Below are positions 7,150 through 16,099 of a DNA stretch of 45,147 nt, piece after piece. The DNA lies in NCBI GenBank assembly GCA_038124905.1, contig JAYPCW010000001.1:1824-46970 (forward strand). The letters run 5' to 3'. Under the pieces are notes generated by a model that saw only the letters and a list, made by a program, of their open reading frames with translations, did no database searches and was not told where the DNA came from. Made by a program: the position numbers and the translations under genes. The DNA comes from Candidatus Nanopelagicales bacterium. Its GTDB lineage: Bacteria; Actinomycetota; Actinomycetes; S36-B12; UBA5976. The number at the start of each line of letters is the position of its first letter. Position 1 is the stretch's first letter.

Positions 7150-8168
7150 AAGCAGTTGTATTAAATGATTTTAATGATTTAGTGCTAACTAAATTGCCTA
7201 CTCCTAGTCCTGGGCCGGGCGAGGTGCTAATTCAAGTTTTAGCTTGTGGGATTTGTGGAACAGATCGACATATCTACAAGGGTGAATACCCCTCCAAAAA
7301 ACCTGTAGTACTTGGACATGAATTTGGAGGTCGCATCACTTCGCTCGGTAGTGAGGTAAGCGAGTTCAAAATCGGAGACTTAGTATCCGTTGATCCCAAT
7401 ATAGTTTGTGGACGTTGTGATGACTGCCTTGCCAAAAGGACAGCGTTCTGCCCCAAACTGACAGCGCTAGGGGTAAACACGCATGGTGGCTTGGCTGAGT
7501 ATGCCTTAGTTCCAAGAACTCAAATTTACAAAGTGCCAGAAAATTTAAATCCAAATTATTTGGCTTTTATTGAGCCCTTAGCCTGCACTATAAGAGGTTT
7601 TGACCTAGGCAACTTGCAAGGCGGCGAAAAGGTAGCAATTCTTGGCGGTGGCGTTATTGGTCTACTTGCGGTGCAACTAGCAAAGTTGGCCAAAGCGAAA
7701 GAAATTATTTTAATAACTCGGCAGAGTGCCCGCCGTAAAACAGCATTAAAAATTGGTGCAACTCGCGCTATTGATCCCAATCAAGAAGATGTAATCAAAG
7801 TAGTAAAAGGCATGGACGTCAGTTTCGAATGTGCAGGAGCTACGGCAACCTTTAAGCAAGCACAGCAAATAACTCGCCGAGGTGGTTCAATAATCGTTCT
7901 AGGATTAACCGCTCAAGGCGTAGAGGTGCCGATCAGTCCATTTGATCTCGTAATTAACGAACACAAGATTCAGGGCTCGTACCTTAATCCTCACACCCAA
8001 CAGCGGGCAGCCGAATTAGTAGCAAGTGGAAAATTGCAACTCGAGCCTTTAATTTCTAAGGTTGTGCCGCTAGATCAAGTTCCCAACCTGTTAGCTGCTG
8101 ACCCAGGACAGGGCGATATTAAATATATTGTCTCAAGTCAGGCCGGAGCGAAACTAAATCAGGCGTAA
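7146..8168 (+). CDS. zinc-dependent alcohol/polyol dehydrogenase (MDR family, sorbitol/threonine-dehydrogenase-like)
   Basis: MKAVVLNDF..., the GICGTDRHIYKGEY catalytic Zn motif, the CGRCDDCLAKRTAFC structural Zn motif, and the GGGVIGLLAVQLAK Rossmann loop. The start at 7146 makes an ATGA overlap with the epimerase stop. The track's upstream extension is out of character. Confidence 0.85.
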   Translation: MKAVVLNDFNDLVLTKLPTPSPGPGEVLIQVLACGICGTDRHIYKGEYPSKKPVVLGHEFGGRITSLGSEVSEFKIGDLVSVDPNIVCGRCDDCLAKRTAFCPKLTALGVNTHGGLAEYALVPRTQIYKVPENLNPNYLAFIEPLACTIRGFDLGNLQGGEKVAILGGGVIGLLAVQLAKLAKAKEIILITRQSARRKTALKIGATRAIDPNQEDVIKVVKGMDVSFECAGATATFKQAQQITRRGGSIIVLGLTAQGVEVPISPFDLVINEHKIQGSYLNPHTQQRAAELVASGKLQLEPLISKVVPLDQVPNLLAADPGQGDIKYIVSSQAGAKLNQA

Positions 8169-9357
8169 TTTCAGAAAGACTCTTTACCCCTAGTAGTTTC
8201 ATAGAAGTTTCCATTTCTAATTTAAAAATGTCAACCAACTTTTGCACACCTGGCTTTCCCCCGGCCATTAAGCCATACAAATACGCACGACCCAACATCA
8301 CACCAGTTGCGCCAAAACCAATGGCAGCCAAAACGTCGGTAGAACTCATAACGCCACCATCTATATAAACTTCCATTTTTTTACCAACCGCTTTAACCAT
8401 TTCTGGCAAAGTTTCAAGCGGGACCGTTCCTCGATCCATTTGCCGGCCACCATGATTAGAAATCACTATTGCGTCGACACCATATTTGACTAGCTCCTTG
8501 GCGTCATCAACTCGTTGCACACCTTTAACCACTAATGGACCACCCCAAGTGTCTTTTAGCCACTTTATGTCTTTCATCGTGACACTTGGATCAAATATCT
8601 TTTTCGATAATTCAAACAAAGGTGCGTCATAGCCCCTAAAAGTGGCAAACTCTAATGGTGGTGTCGTTAATAAATTACCCCACCACTTTGGCTTAGTCGC
8701 CATATCTAAAAAGGTCTTTGCTTTGATTTTAGGCGGCACGGTTAATCCATTTTTACTGTCTTTTGGTCTTTGCCCGCTAATTGGAGTATCTACAGTGAGA
8801 ATCAATGCCTCAAAACCATCGCGCCGGGCATCTTCAATGAACTTTTTACTTTGTTCTCGATCATTCCATAAATAAAGTTGAAACCAACGGCGAACATCTG
8901 GCACAGCACTGGCTAATTCGCTTGTTGACGTGGTTCCCATTGTGGATAGTGAGTAGACCAAATCATTTTCAAGAGCTACCTCTGCGACAGCAGGCTCCCC
9001 TAAGTAATGCATCATGCGTGAATAGCCAGTTGGGGCAAAAATTATCGGCATGGCCGCTTTTTTACCCAAAATTTTTTGGCTGTAATCAATCTGACTCACG
9101 TTTCTTAAAACTCTTGGTTTGAATTCAACTCGCTTAAATGCATCTTTCGCTCTTTGTAAACTGATTTCTTCTAGCGCCGCACCATCTACGTAGTCAAAAA
9201 CAGATCTGGGCACCCGTTTTTTTGCTACCGCTCTTAAGTCTTCTGCACTAAAACAAGCTTCGAGCTTGCGATCCTTCCTTTCAAACATAGATGAAAAACT
9301 CCAGCCCAACAAAGGCTTAATACTTTTCCAGCGAGGAAACTGTCGCTTGATCACCAT
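8119..9357 (-). CDS. FMN-dependent alpha-hydroxy-acid dehydrogenase/oxidase (L-lactate dehydrogenase LldD-like)
   Basis: 412 aa. FDYVDGAALEEISLQRAKDAF, the SNHGGRQMD catalytic motif and YIDGGVMSSTDVLAAIGFGA are present. Last gene of the minus-strand fuconate operon. Confidence 0.8.
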   Translation of the reverse strand: MVIKRQFPRWKSIKPLLGWSFSSMFERKDRKLEACFSAEDLRAVAKKRVPRSVFDYVDGAALEEISLQRAKDAFKRVEFKPRVLRNVSQIDYSQKILGKKAAMPIIFAPTGYSRMMHYLGEPAVAEVALENDLVYSLSTMGTTSTSELASAVPDVRRWFQLYLWNDREQSKKFIEDARRDGFEALILTVDTPISGQRPKDSKNGLTVPPKIKAKTFLDMATKPKWWGNLLTTPPLEFATFRGYDAPLFELSKKIFDPSVTMKDIKWLKDTWGGPLVVKGVQRVDDAKELVKYGVDAIVISNHGGRQMDRGTVPLETLPEMVKAVGKKMEVYIDGGVMSSTDVLAAIGFGATGVMLGRAYLYGLMAGGKPGVQKLVDIFKLEMETSMKLLGVKSLSEITPDLVSLRPDLRQYI

Positions 9358-9361
9358 TTAT

Positions 9362-10204
9362 TTAGACATCCAATTTGTAAGAGTTTATTGCGGTCTTCGA
9401 CCAGAAATATTCTTTCTCATCTTTGCTCAATTGGCTAGTTAAACTTTCAGCGATATTAATCACCTGTGAATAAGACGCCGCAAGTAGGCAAACTGGCCAA
9501 TCAGAACCGAACATCAACCTTTTAGGTCCAAAAGCATCTAATAACACCTCAACATAAGGCCTAAAGTCATCAAGTGTCCAATTCTTCCAATCAGCTTCGG
9601 TGACCATGCCAGAGATTTTCACTGCAAGATTTTCTTGTTTTGCCAAAGTTTTCATATTGCTGGCCCAAGGCTCCAGCTCTCCTTTGGCAATATACGGCTT
9701 CGAAATATGGTTCAGCACAAAGTAAGTATCTGGACATTCATTAACCGCTCTTATAGCCGATGCTAACTGAGGAGGCAAAGTAAGTAAATCGTAGGTTAAA
9801 TTTTTTACTCCTAAATATTTAAGGTTCTTAATTACCTCTGGGCGTTCAAGCCATTTATTATCAGATTTTTGTTGAACTTGATCCCTAATAGCAACCAGCT
9901 TTTTGCTCCCCGGGTGTGCCAAATATTCAGATAATTGACTGTGTATATCTTGCTCCAAATCTAACCAGCCCACCACGCCTGCGACTTTTGGATTCGTCGC
10001 TGCGATCTCTAAAAATTCAGGTGTTTCTTCAGGCACGGTGACAGTTTGAACTAACACTGTGTAATCGATCCGATTTTGAGCCAATTCCGGCTCGAAGTCC
10101 TTCATTAAAATGGTTTTATTAATCGGATCAAAATCGGGTGAAGTCATCCAATCCTGTGCTCGGACAGAAAGATCCCAAACATGATGGTGAGAGTCAATTC
10201 TCAC
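9362..10204 (-). CDS. amidohydrolase-2 family lactonase (L-fucono-1,5-lactonase-like)
   Basis: 280 aa. MRIDSHHHVWDL... is the characteristic ID(A/S)HxHxW start of amidohydrolase_2 sugar lactonases, and FGSDWPV lies near the C-terminus. Sits in a fuconate pathway context. Confidence 0.7.
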   Translation of the reverse strand: MRIDSHHHVWDLSVRAQDWMTSPDFDPINKTILMKDFEPELAQNRIDYTVLVQTVTVPEETPEFLEIAATNPKVAGVVGWLDLEQDIHSQLSEYLAHPGSKKLVAIRDQVQQKSDNKWLERPEVIKNLKYLGVKNLTYDLLTLPPQLASAIRAVNECPDTYFVLNHISKPYIAKGELEPWASNMKTLAKQENLAVKISGMVTEADWKNWTLDDFRPYVEVLLDAFGPKRLMFGSDWPVCLLAASYSQVINIAESLTSQLSKDEKEYFWSKTAINSYKLDV

Positions 10205-10206
10205 GA

Positions 10207-11109
10207 CTAACCTTTTGCCACAATGTTCTTTAGTTCTTTGCCTTGAGCTAACAGTTCTAACTGACTCTTTACTAACTTTCTAATCCGCGGCTCGAAAGCC
10301 GTTGAGTTACCTCCAACGTGCGGCACGATAAATGCATTTTCTTGCTTCCATAAAGCGTGTTCGCTTGGCAAAGGCTCGGGGTCCGTCACATCGACCGCAG
10401 CGAAGATGCGTTTTTTTGCTAACTCACTTACCAAAGCATCAGTGTCGACAATTACGCCCCGCGCCACATTCACAAGTAGCGCGCCATCTTTCAAGAGTGA
10501 AAGTCTCTTTGCGTTAAATAATTTCACAGATTGGGCGTTAGCTGGCAATATCAAAACCACCACATCAAAGGTAGGCAAAAATTCATCTAACTCAGATATT
10601 TGCTTAGCGCCGTCGCTACCGGAGCGATTAAAGGCTGTTAACTCAACTTCAAAAGGCTCAATCATCTGGGCAAACTTTTTACCGATCGATCCATAGCCAA
10701 CTAGGCCAACTCTTTTACCAGCCAGCGAATGCAAGCGTTTGTGATCCCAGGTAGCACTCTGTTGCATCTTGAAAAAATGCGGAAACCCTCTTAGCGAGGC
10801 GATGGTCAATCCCAATGCCAGTTCCGCAGTTGACATGTCGTGTACACCTCGAGCATTACACAGGGTCAAATTTGGTTTCAAAAACTCAATCGCATCGTCA
10901 TATCCAGCATTAGGCAATTGAATGTACTGCAAATTTGGCATTTCTCGTATTGGCAACAAAGCGGCTCGCCCACCCATGTAAGTAGGCACATAAAAAGTTA
11001 TTTCTTCAATTTTTTTTGAATCTAACGGAGCATTCTTAGGACTCAGCATTTCAAAACCGGGTGGCCCAGTTAAGTCATCCCACTGGGTCCAAACTATGTG
11101 CTTTGACAA
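10207..11109 (-). CDS. D-isomer-specific 2-hydroxyacid dehydrogenase, NAD-binding
   Basis: 300 aa. VGLVGYGSIGKKF, LVNVARGVIVD, DVTDPEPLP and IVPHVGGNS are present. TTG start lies 1 nt after the upstream stop. Confidence 0.75.
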   Translation of the reverse strand: MSKHIVWTQWDDLTGPPGFEMLSPKNAPLDSKKIEEITFYVPTYMGGRAALLPIREMPNLQYIQLPNAGYDDAIEFLKPNLTLCNARGVHDMSTAELALGLTIASLRGFPHFFKMQQSATWDHKRLHSLAGKRVGLVGYGSIGKKFAQMIEPFEVELTAFNRSGSDGAKQISELDEFLPTFDVVVLILPANAQSVKLFNAKRLSLLKDGALLVNVARGVIVDTDALVSELAKKRIFAAVDVTDPEPLPSEHALWKQENAFIVPHVGGNSTAFEPRIRKLVKSQLELLAQGKELKNIVAKG

Positions 11110-11110
11110 T

Positions 11111-11959
11111 TTAGTTAACCTCCTTTACGGTTTTCACAGAATTGCTTAACTCTCCAATTTGACTTGCTTGAATTCTCACCAAATCTCCCTCGTGCAAACT
11201 GATGTCCATCGGTGGGACGATGCCGGTGCCAGTTGAGAAAACCACTCCATTTTCAAACTTGTAGCACCGATATAAATAGTCAACTAAGACTTCAAATGGT
11301 CTTTTTAGTTGTGCAAGCGAGGTGGTTGCCTCCCACACGGCCTTATCTTTACGGAAAATTTGAGCGCTGATTTCTACTTGATTTAAATCAGAAATTTCCC
11401 AAATTGGTGTCACCACCGATAGCAAGCTACAAGAATGTTCATACATTTTGGCTTGGGGTAGGTAAAGTGGATTCTCTCCTTCTATGGTTCGTGAAGTGAC
11501 GTCATTGCAAATGGTCAAGCCTAAAATTTCTTTTTTGGAATTAACCAAGATAGCAATTTCAGGCTCAGGCACGCTCATAGTTGAGTCGTAACGAATACCA
11601 ACCCAATTATTTTCATTTACTACCCGGTTACCGATTGCTTTGAAAAAAATTTCTGGCCGGTCTGCCTCATAAACTCTCGTATAAACGTCTGGGACACCAC
11701 TTTCTTCGGTGCGAGCATCACGCGAACGCAAATAGGTAACCCCTGCTGCCCATACTTCACCATCACTATCGATGGGAGGCAGGAGTTCTACTAATTCAAT
11801 TTCATCGCCTTGAGTGTTTTCGATTAAGTTTTTTGCTTCCGCCAGTGACATTTGCAATAATTGCTTCCAGCAATGAACTGCAATTGGTCGCAAGCCCTTT
11901 TCAGTCTTGATTCCTAAGTGAAATACTCCATTTTTATCCCTGCCACTAATTAAAGACAT
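11111..11959 (-). CDS. fumarylacetoacetate-hydrolase (FAH) family protein, candidate 2,4-diketo-3-deoxy-L-fuconate hydrolase
   Basis: FAH-like C-terminal fold ([11 protein letters not shown]..., [17 protein letters not shown]). The start at ATG 11959 is preceded by GAGAGGAAAA and removes the overlap with the AKR gene. Function is assigned from cluster context. Confidence 0.6.
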   Translation of the reverse strand: MSLISGRDKNGVFHLGIKTEKGLRPIAVHCWKQLLQMSLAEAKNLIENTQGDEIELVELLPPIDSDGEVWAAGVTYLRSRDARTEESGVPDVYTRVYEADRPEIFFKAIGNRVVNENNWVGIRYDSTMSVPEPEIAILVNSKKEILGLTICNDVTSRTIEGENPLYLPQAKMYEHSCSLLSVVTPIWEISDLNQVEISAQIFRKDKAVWEATTSLAQLKRPFEVLVDYLYRCYKFENGVVFSTGTGIVPPMDISLHEGDLVRIQASQIGELSNSVKTVKEVN

Positions 11960-11973
11960 TTTTTCCTCTCGAC

Positions 11974-12951
11974 TTATCTTTCGACGGGCTGAATTAATCC
12001 TTGAGTTTCTAATGAATCCCAAATGTCTTTAGGTAGGTCAATCGCAAAGTCTTTCAAATTGCTTTTCAATTCCTCACCGGTCCTGGCGCCAGTCAAAATT
12101 GCCTTGACTGCCGGATGCCTTAGCGGAAACTGCAATCCCACTGCGGATACCGGCACTCCAAAAGAGTCAATCGCTTCGTGTAAAGCTTTTGCATGATCAA
12201 TAATTTTTTTGCTAGCCGGCGCATAGTCGTATGTTGCACCGTCATTTGGATTTACCAAAACCCCAGAGTTGAATACTCCTGCAGCTAATACAGAGACGTT
12301 TCGCTCTAAAGCTGCGGGTAATAAGTCTTTGGCTGCCGTTTGCTCAAGCAAGGTGTATCTTCCAGCAATCAAAACAATATCGATATCAGTTTCCCTAACA
12401 AATCTTGTAGCCAAATCTGAAAAATTGATTCCTACGCCAATAGATTTAACTAATCCTTCGCTTCGCATTTTGTCTAGTTCGGGATATGCCTCATCAATTG
12501 CTTGATCCATATGATTCTCTGGGTCATGAATAAACAAAATATCAACGTGATCTAATTTCATTCGCTCTAAACTTTCCTCGAATGAACGTCTTACGCCTTT
12601 TGCAGAATAATCAAAAACCGGCGAGCAAGGTTCTAAATCTCTAAAAATTGTGGGCCCGGTGTATTCACCCTCTACCAAAATTCTTCCGACTTTTGTGGAA
12701 ACGATCGCGCTGGATTGCGCACCAGCTAAATGCAAACCACGCCCTAAGCGTTTTTCTGATTTTGTGTGACCATAAAAGGGCGCAGTATCAAAATAATTAA
12801 CTCCTGCTGAGGTTGCAGTTTTGATTAAGTCGTCTGAGCTAGATTCTTCAACACTTGAAAACATGCCACCCAAAGGTGCCGTGCCCAAACCCACTTTGCT
12901 CACTCTTAAGCCGCCGCGACCAAAGTCGACTAATTCTCGATGATTAGGCAT
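11974..12951 (-). CDS. aldo/keto reductase, L-fucose (D-threo-aldose) 1-dehydrogenase-like
   Basis: 325 aa. [17 protein letters not shown]...[19 protein letters not shown]...IHDPE are typical AKR motifs. Sits in a fuconate pathway context. Confidence 0.7.
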   Translation of the reverse strand: MPNHRELVDFGRGGLRVSKVGLGTAPLGGMFSSVEESSSDDLIKTATSAGVNYFDTAPFYGHTKSEKRLGRGLHLAGAQSSAIVSTKVGRILVEGEYTGPTIFRDLEPCSPVFDYSAKGVRRSFEESLERMKLDHVDILFIHDPENHMDQAIDEAYPELDKMRSEGLVKSIGVGINFSDLATRFVRETDIDIVLIAGRYTLLEQTAAKDLLPAALERNVSVLAAGVFNSGVLVNPNDGATYDYAPASKKIIDHAKALHEAIDSFGVPVSAVGLQFPLRHPAVKAILTGARTGEELKSNLKDFAIDLPKDIWDSLETQGLIQPVER

Positions 12952-12960
12952 GGCGCTAAC

Positions 12961-14706
12961 CTACCCAATCTCGGCAATCACCTTTGCTTGTAGTGACTTG
13001 GCGCTAGCAAGTAGTGGAGAATTTTCCACCATGCCCCCATCCGTTGACCAGGAGAATTCTTCAAAGATTTCTGCTTTAGCCTTATCCCATTCATCACGAT
13101 TTATCAGCACTCCAGCAAGGCTATTTACTTGAGCTTTAATCGGCACCTTAAAAAACTTCTCTGGTAAGTCGTGTCCTGAATCCTTTAAACCAAGAGAAAA
13201 GTTAGCTATCCGTTGCAAGGCTAGGCGCAATTTGCCCGCCTCATAAAATTCACCCTTCGAAACCTCTCTCCCTAGCACGGAGCCCACCATTTCTAAAATC
13301 CCGCTAAGTCGCAACTCTCTCGTTGGCGGAGAGGCGTAAATGCACACACCTACCGAATCAATTGCACTCCACAACTTCCAAAGTTCTTTAATTGATGGAA
13401 TGCGCTCTGGCCCAAGAGTTCCCATTCTTATTCCACCTTCGGGAACTCCAAACTCATATCCAAATTCAGTGTGACGGTCCCATGCCCAAGTGGGATCAAA
13501 ATCAATATCGTGTTCGATAACGTCATAGCGCGGTCCGCCTGGATTTAGAGCCATCGCCAAACCCAAACCTTGTGATCCACGCGGATCCCACGGAGGTATT
13601 ACCATTCCTTTAATCAAATCGGAATTGTCAGTTAATTCTTTCTCGGTGACTAAATTTAATGCAGTTCTAATTTCAATGTTCTTGTCAATTTTGTTTTCAA
13701 TAAATAATTGGCAGGCGTAAAGATGCTCCAAGCCTAACCTATGACATTCTTCATTGAATTGCACCGCGCGCTTCATGTCACTATCTGCATACTGTGAAAC
13801 AAACGCCGCGATACTGAGCTGATGCGCTCTTCCACCATTTATTGGATTATGCCCATCACTTGAATATGACTTTAGACAACTTTGCGCACATCCTGGGCAG
13901 GCCTTATCCCCAAAATCAACTTGTAGTTTTCTTATCTGTTCCGCATCGAACTTAGCTACCGAATCGGGTAATTGATCGGAAAAATTATCTCCTGCTTGGT
14001 ATCCAACAAGATTTGGTTGAATCCATAAAGAAAAACCATCTTGATACTCACTTAATGTCAAGGGATTATTTTTTAGACCTGAGAGATATTCATCAGTTAA
14101 TTTCTTAATTACTGAATTATCTTTTGCTATACCTTCTTCAAAAGCGACAAATTTTAGGTTCATCGACCCTGCTTGTCCACCAAGCCCACCTTGGCTTGTA
14201 GCGAATCCCTCGTCTATCACAATTGAGGCGGCTTTTTTTTGCGCTTCACCAAATTTACTGATCGCGGCAACAACTAGTTGCTCACCAAATTTTTCTCTTA
14301 CCTGACTTGCAGTTTGCCAAATATCTAGACCAGCAAAATTTTCTGCCGACATAAAATCAACTTCGGCATTCTTTTTTATTTTAATACCAGTTAATTTCAA
14401 ACTCTTCCCTTTAAAGGCAACCGCTAGTACACCCAAACCAAGTAACGCCTTGGCTAGTCGACCTTCAACCTTAGCTTCCACTACGCCACCTGATTGCGGT
14501 GAAACTCCAGTTACAGTCGCAGTGGCTAGACCAATGCCTTCATGTCCGGCTAGTTCTCCGCGCCCAAAAACTAAAAATTTTTTGATTCCCAATTTGGCAA
14601 AACTTGCTGCCAGAACACTGGACAGACTTACTAAATGATTCAGGTCACCGAACTCATGTAACTTCCAGGTCTGATTTTCGAGGTCAATTATCAAGGCTTT
14701 AGCCAC
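12961..14706 (-). CDS. aldehyde:ferredoxin oxidoreductase (AOR) family protein, divergent
   Basis: 581 aa with a GTG start after GGAGG. The N-terminal domain is AOR_N-like (MAKALIIDLENQTWKL...; ATSQGGLGGQAGSMNLKFVAF). CPGCAQSC (CxxCxxxC) plus distal DSVGVC fits the four-Cys [4Fe-4S] pattern of AORs. PWDPRGSQGLGLAMAL is also AOR-like. Confidence 0.65.
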   Translation of the reverse strand: MAKALIIDLENQTWKLHEFGDLNHLVSLSSVLAASFAKLGIKKFLVFGRGELAGHEGIGLATATVTGVSPQSGGVVEAKVEGRLAKALLGLGVLAVAFKGKSLKLTGIKIKKNAEVDFMSAENFAGLDIWQTASQVREKFGEQLVVAAISKFGEAQKKAASIVIDEGFATSQGGLGGQAGSMNLKFVAFEEGIAKDNSVIKKLTDEYLSGLKNNPLTLSEYQDGFSLWIQPNLVGYQAGDNFSDQLPDSVAKFDAEQIRKLQVDFGDKACPGCAQSCLKSYSSDGHNPINGGRAHQLSIAAFVSQYADSDMKRAVQFNEECHRLGLEHLYACQLFIENKIDKNIEIRTALNLVTEKELTDNSDLIKGMVIPPWDPRGSQGLGLAMALNPGGPRYDVIEHDIDFDPTWAWDRHTEFGYEFGVPEGGIRMGTLGPERIPSIKELWKLWSAIDSVGVCIYASPPTRELRLSGILEMVGSVLGREVSKGEFYEAGKLRLALQRIANFSLGLKDSGHDLPEKFFKVPIKAQVNSLAGVLINRDEWDKAKAEIFEEFSWSTDGGMVENSPLLASAKSLQAKVIAEIG

Positions 14707-14754
14707 TATCGACCTCCGGAATTAGAAAGACACTCACCAGCGCCGTTTGTTCAT

Positions 14755-14768
14755 CTTATAGGCTTTGG
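14755..14768. promoter_or_regulatory. CTTATAGGCTTTGG motif in the 97-bp divergent promoter region between the AOR-like gene and fucD (operator candidate)
   Basis: Closely resembles CCTATAGGATTTTGG at 16903-16917 and the palindrome core at 16881-16888. Confidence 0.35.
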
Positions 14769-14803
14769 CCGAGTAAGCACCAAGCTTTTTTACGGAGGAC
14801 GCA

Positions 14804-16099
14804 GTGGCAAAAATCGTCGGGTTTGAAACTCACGACGTTAGATTCCCAACTTCAACTGGCAAGCATGGCTCAGATGCAATGAATCCAGATCCGGACTATT
14901 CGGCCGCGTATTTAATTTTAAAAACCGATCAGCCAGATCTTGAAGGGCATAGCTTAGTTTTTACAATCGGCCGAGGTAACGACTTGCAATGCGCGTCTAT
15001 CGCCCAGTTGGCTGAGACAGTTGTTGGATTAGATTTAAATGAATTAGAGAGCAATCTCGGAAATATAGGTAGAGAATTAGTAAGAGATTCGCAAATTCGC
15101 TGGTTAGGTCCTGAAAAAGGTGTGCCACATATGGCTGCTGGTGGCGTGATAAATGCAGTCTGGGATTTAGTTTGCAAAATGAATAAAAAGCCGCTCTGGA
15201 AGCAACTTTCAGATATGACGCCAGAGCAAATTGTTGATTTAGTTGATTTTCGACATATAACTGATGCCCTCACTCCTCAAGAGGCCCTAGAGATTTTGAA
15301 AAAAGCTGAGAGCAAAAAAAGTGAAAATGAAAAGATTTTGTTACAAAAGGGCTTACCTGCCTACACCACTACACCCGGTTGGCTTGGTTACAGCGATGAA
15401 ACAATGGTGCGACTCGCAAAGGAAGCTTTAGAGGACGGCTTCACCCTAATTAAAATGAAAGTTGGACGTTCATTAGAAAATGACATTCATCGTTTAAAGC
15501 TTGTCCGTGAAACTATTGGCCCAGACATCAAGTTAGCTGTTGATGCTAACCAGGTTTGGGATGTAAAGGAAGCGATCGAATGGATTAAGGCTTTAAGTAA
15601 CGTCAACTTGCATTGGGTTGAGGAGCCAACGAGCCCGGACGACATATTGGGTCACGCAGCAATTGCGCGAGGTATCGCGCCAACTCGCGTTGCCACTGGC
15701 GAACATGTTCATAACCGCATTATGTTTAAACAACTTTTACAAGCAAATGCATTTTCATTTATGCAGATTGATGCCACCAGAGTTGCCGGAGTAAATGAGA
15801 ACATAGCAATGATTTTGATGGCAGCAAAATTTGGAATTCCAGTGTGCCCACATGCAGGTGGTGTAGGACTTTGTGAAATGGTCTCCCACCTAGCCATGTT
15901 TGATGCGGTAGCCGTCACTGGTCACCATGAGGGTCGCGTGGTGGAATTTGTTGATCACTTGCATGAACATTTTGTAGTTCCAACGGTGGTAAAGAATGCC
16001 CACTATCTAGCACCATTAGAACCAGGCGCAGGTGCTGAAATTAAATTAGAAAGCATCAAGGAATACAGCTTTCCCACTGGCCCAGCTTGGAGTAACTAG
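14804..16099 (+). CDS. fucD: L-fuconate dehydratase (enolase superfamily, mandelate racemase subgroup)
   Basis: 431 aa with a GTG start after GGAGGA. The N-terminus IVGFETHDVRFPTSTGKHGSDAMNPDPDYSAAYLILKTD is near-identical in pattern to Xanthomonas campestris FucD (recalled). VDANQVWDV, WVEEPTSPDDILGHA and TGEH are also present. Confidence 0.9.
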   Translation: MAKIVGFETHDVRFPTSTGKHGSDAMNPDPDYSAAYLILKTDQPDLEGHSLVFTIGRGNDLQCASIAQLAETVVGLDLNELESNLGNIGRELVRDSQIRWLGPEKGVPHMAAGGVINAVWDLVCKMNKKPLWKQLSDMTPEQIVDLVDFRHITDALTPQEALEILKKAESKKSENEKILLQKGLPAYTTTPGWLGYSDETMVRLAKEALEDGFTLIKMKVGRSLENDIHRLKLVRETIGPDIKLAVDANQVWDVKEAIEWIKALSNVNLHWVEEPTSPDDILGHAAIARGIAPTRVATGEHVHNRIMFKQLLQANAFSFMQIDATRVAGVNENIAMILMAAKFGIPVCPHAGGVGLCEMVSHLAMFDAVAVTGHHEGRVVEFVDHLHEHFVVPTVVKNAHYLAPLEPGAGAEIKLESIKEYSFPTGPAWSN

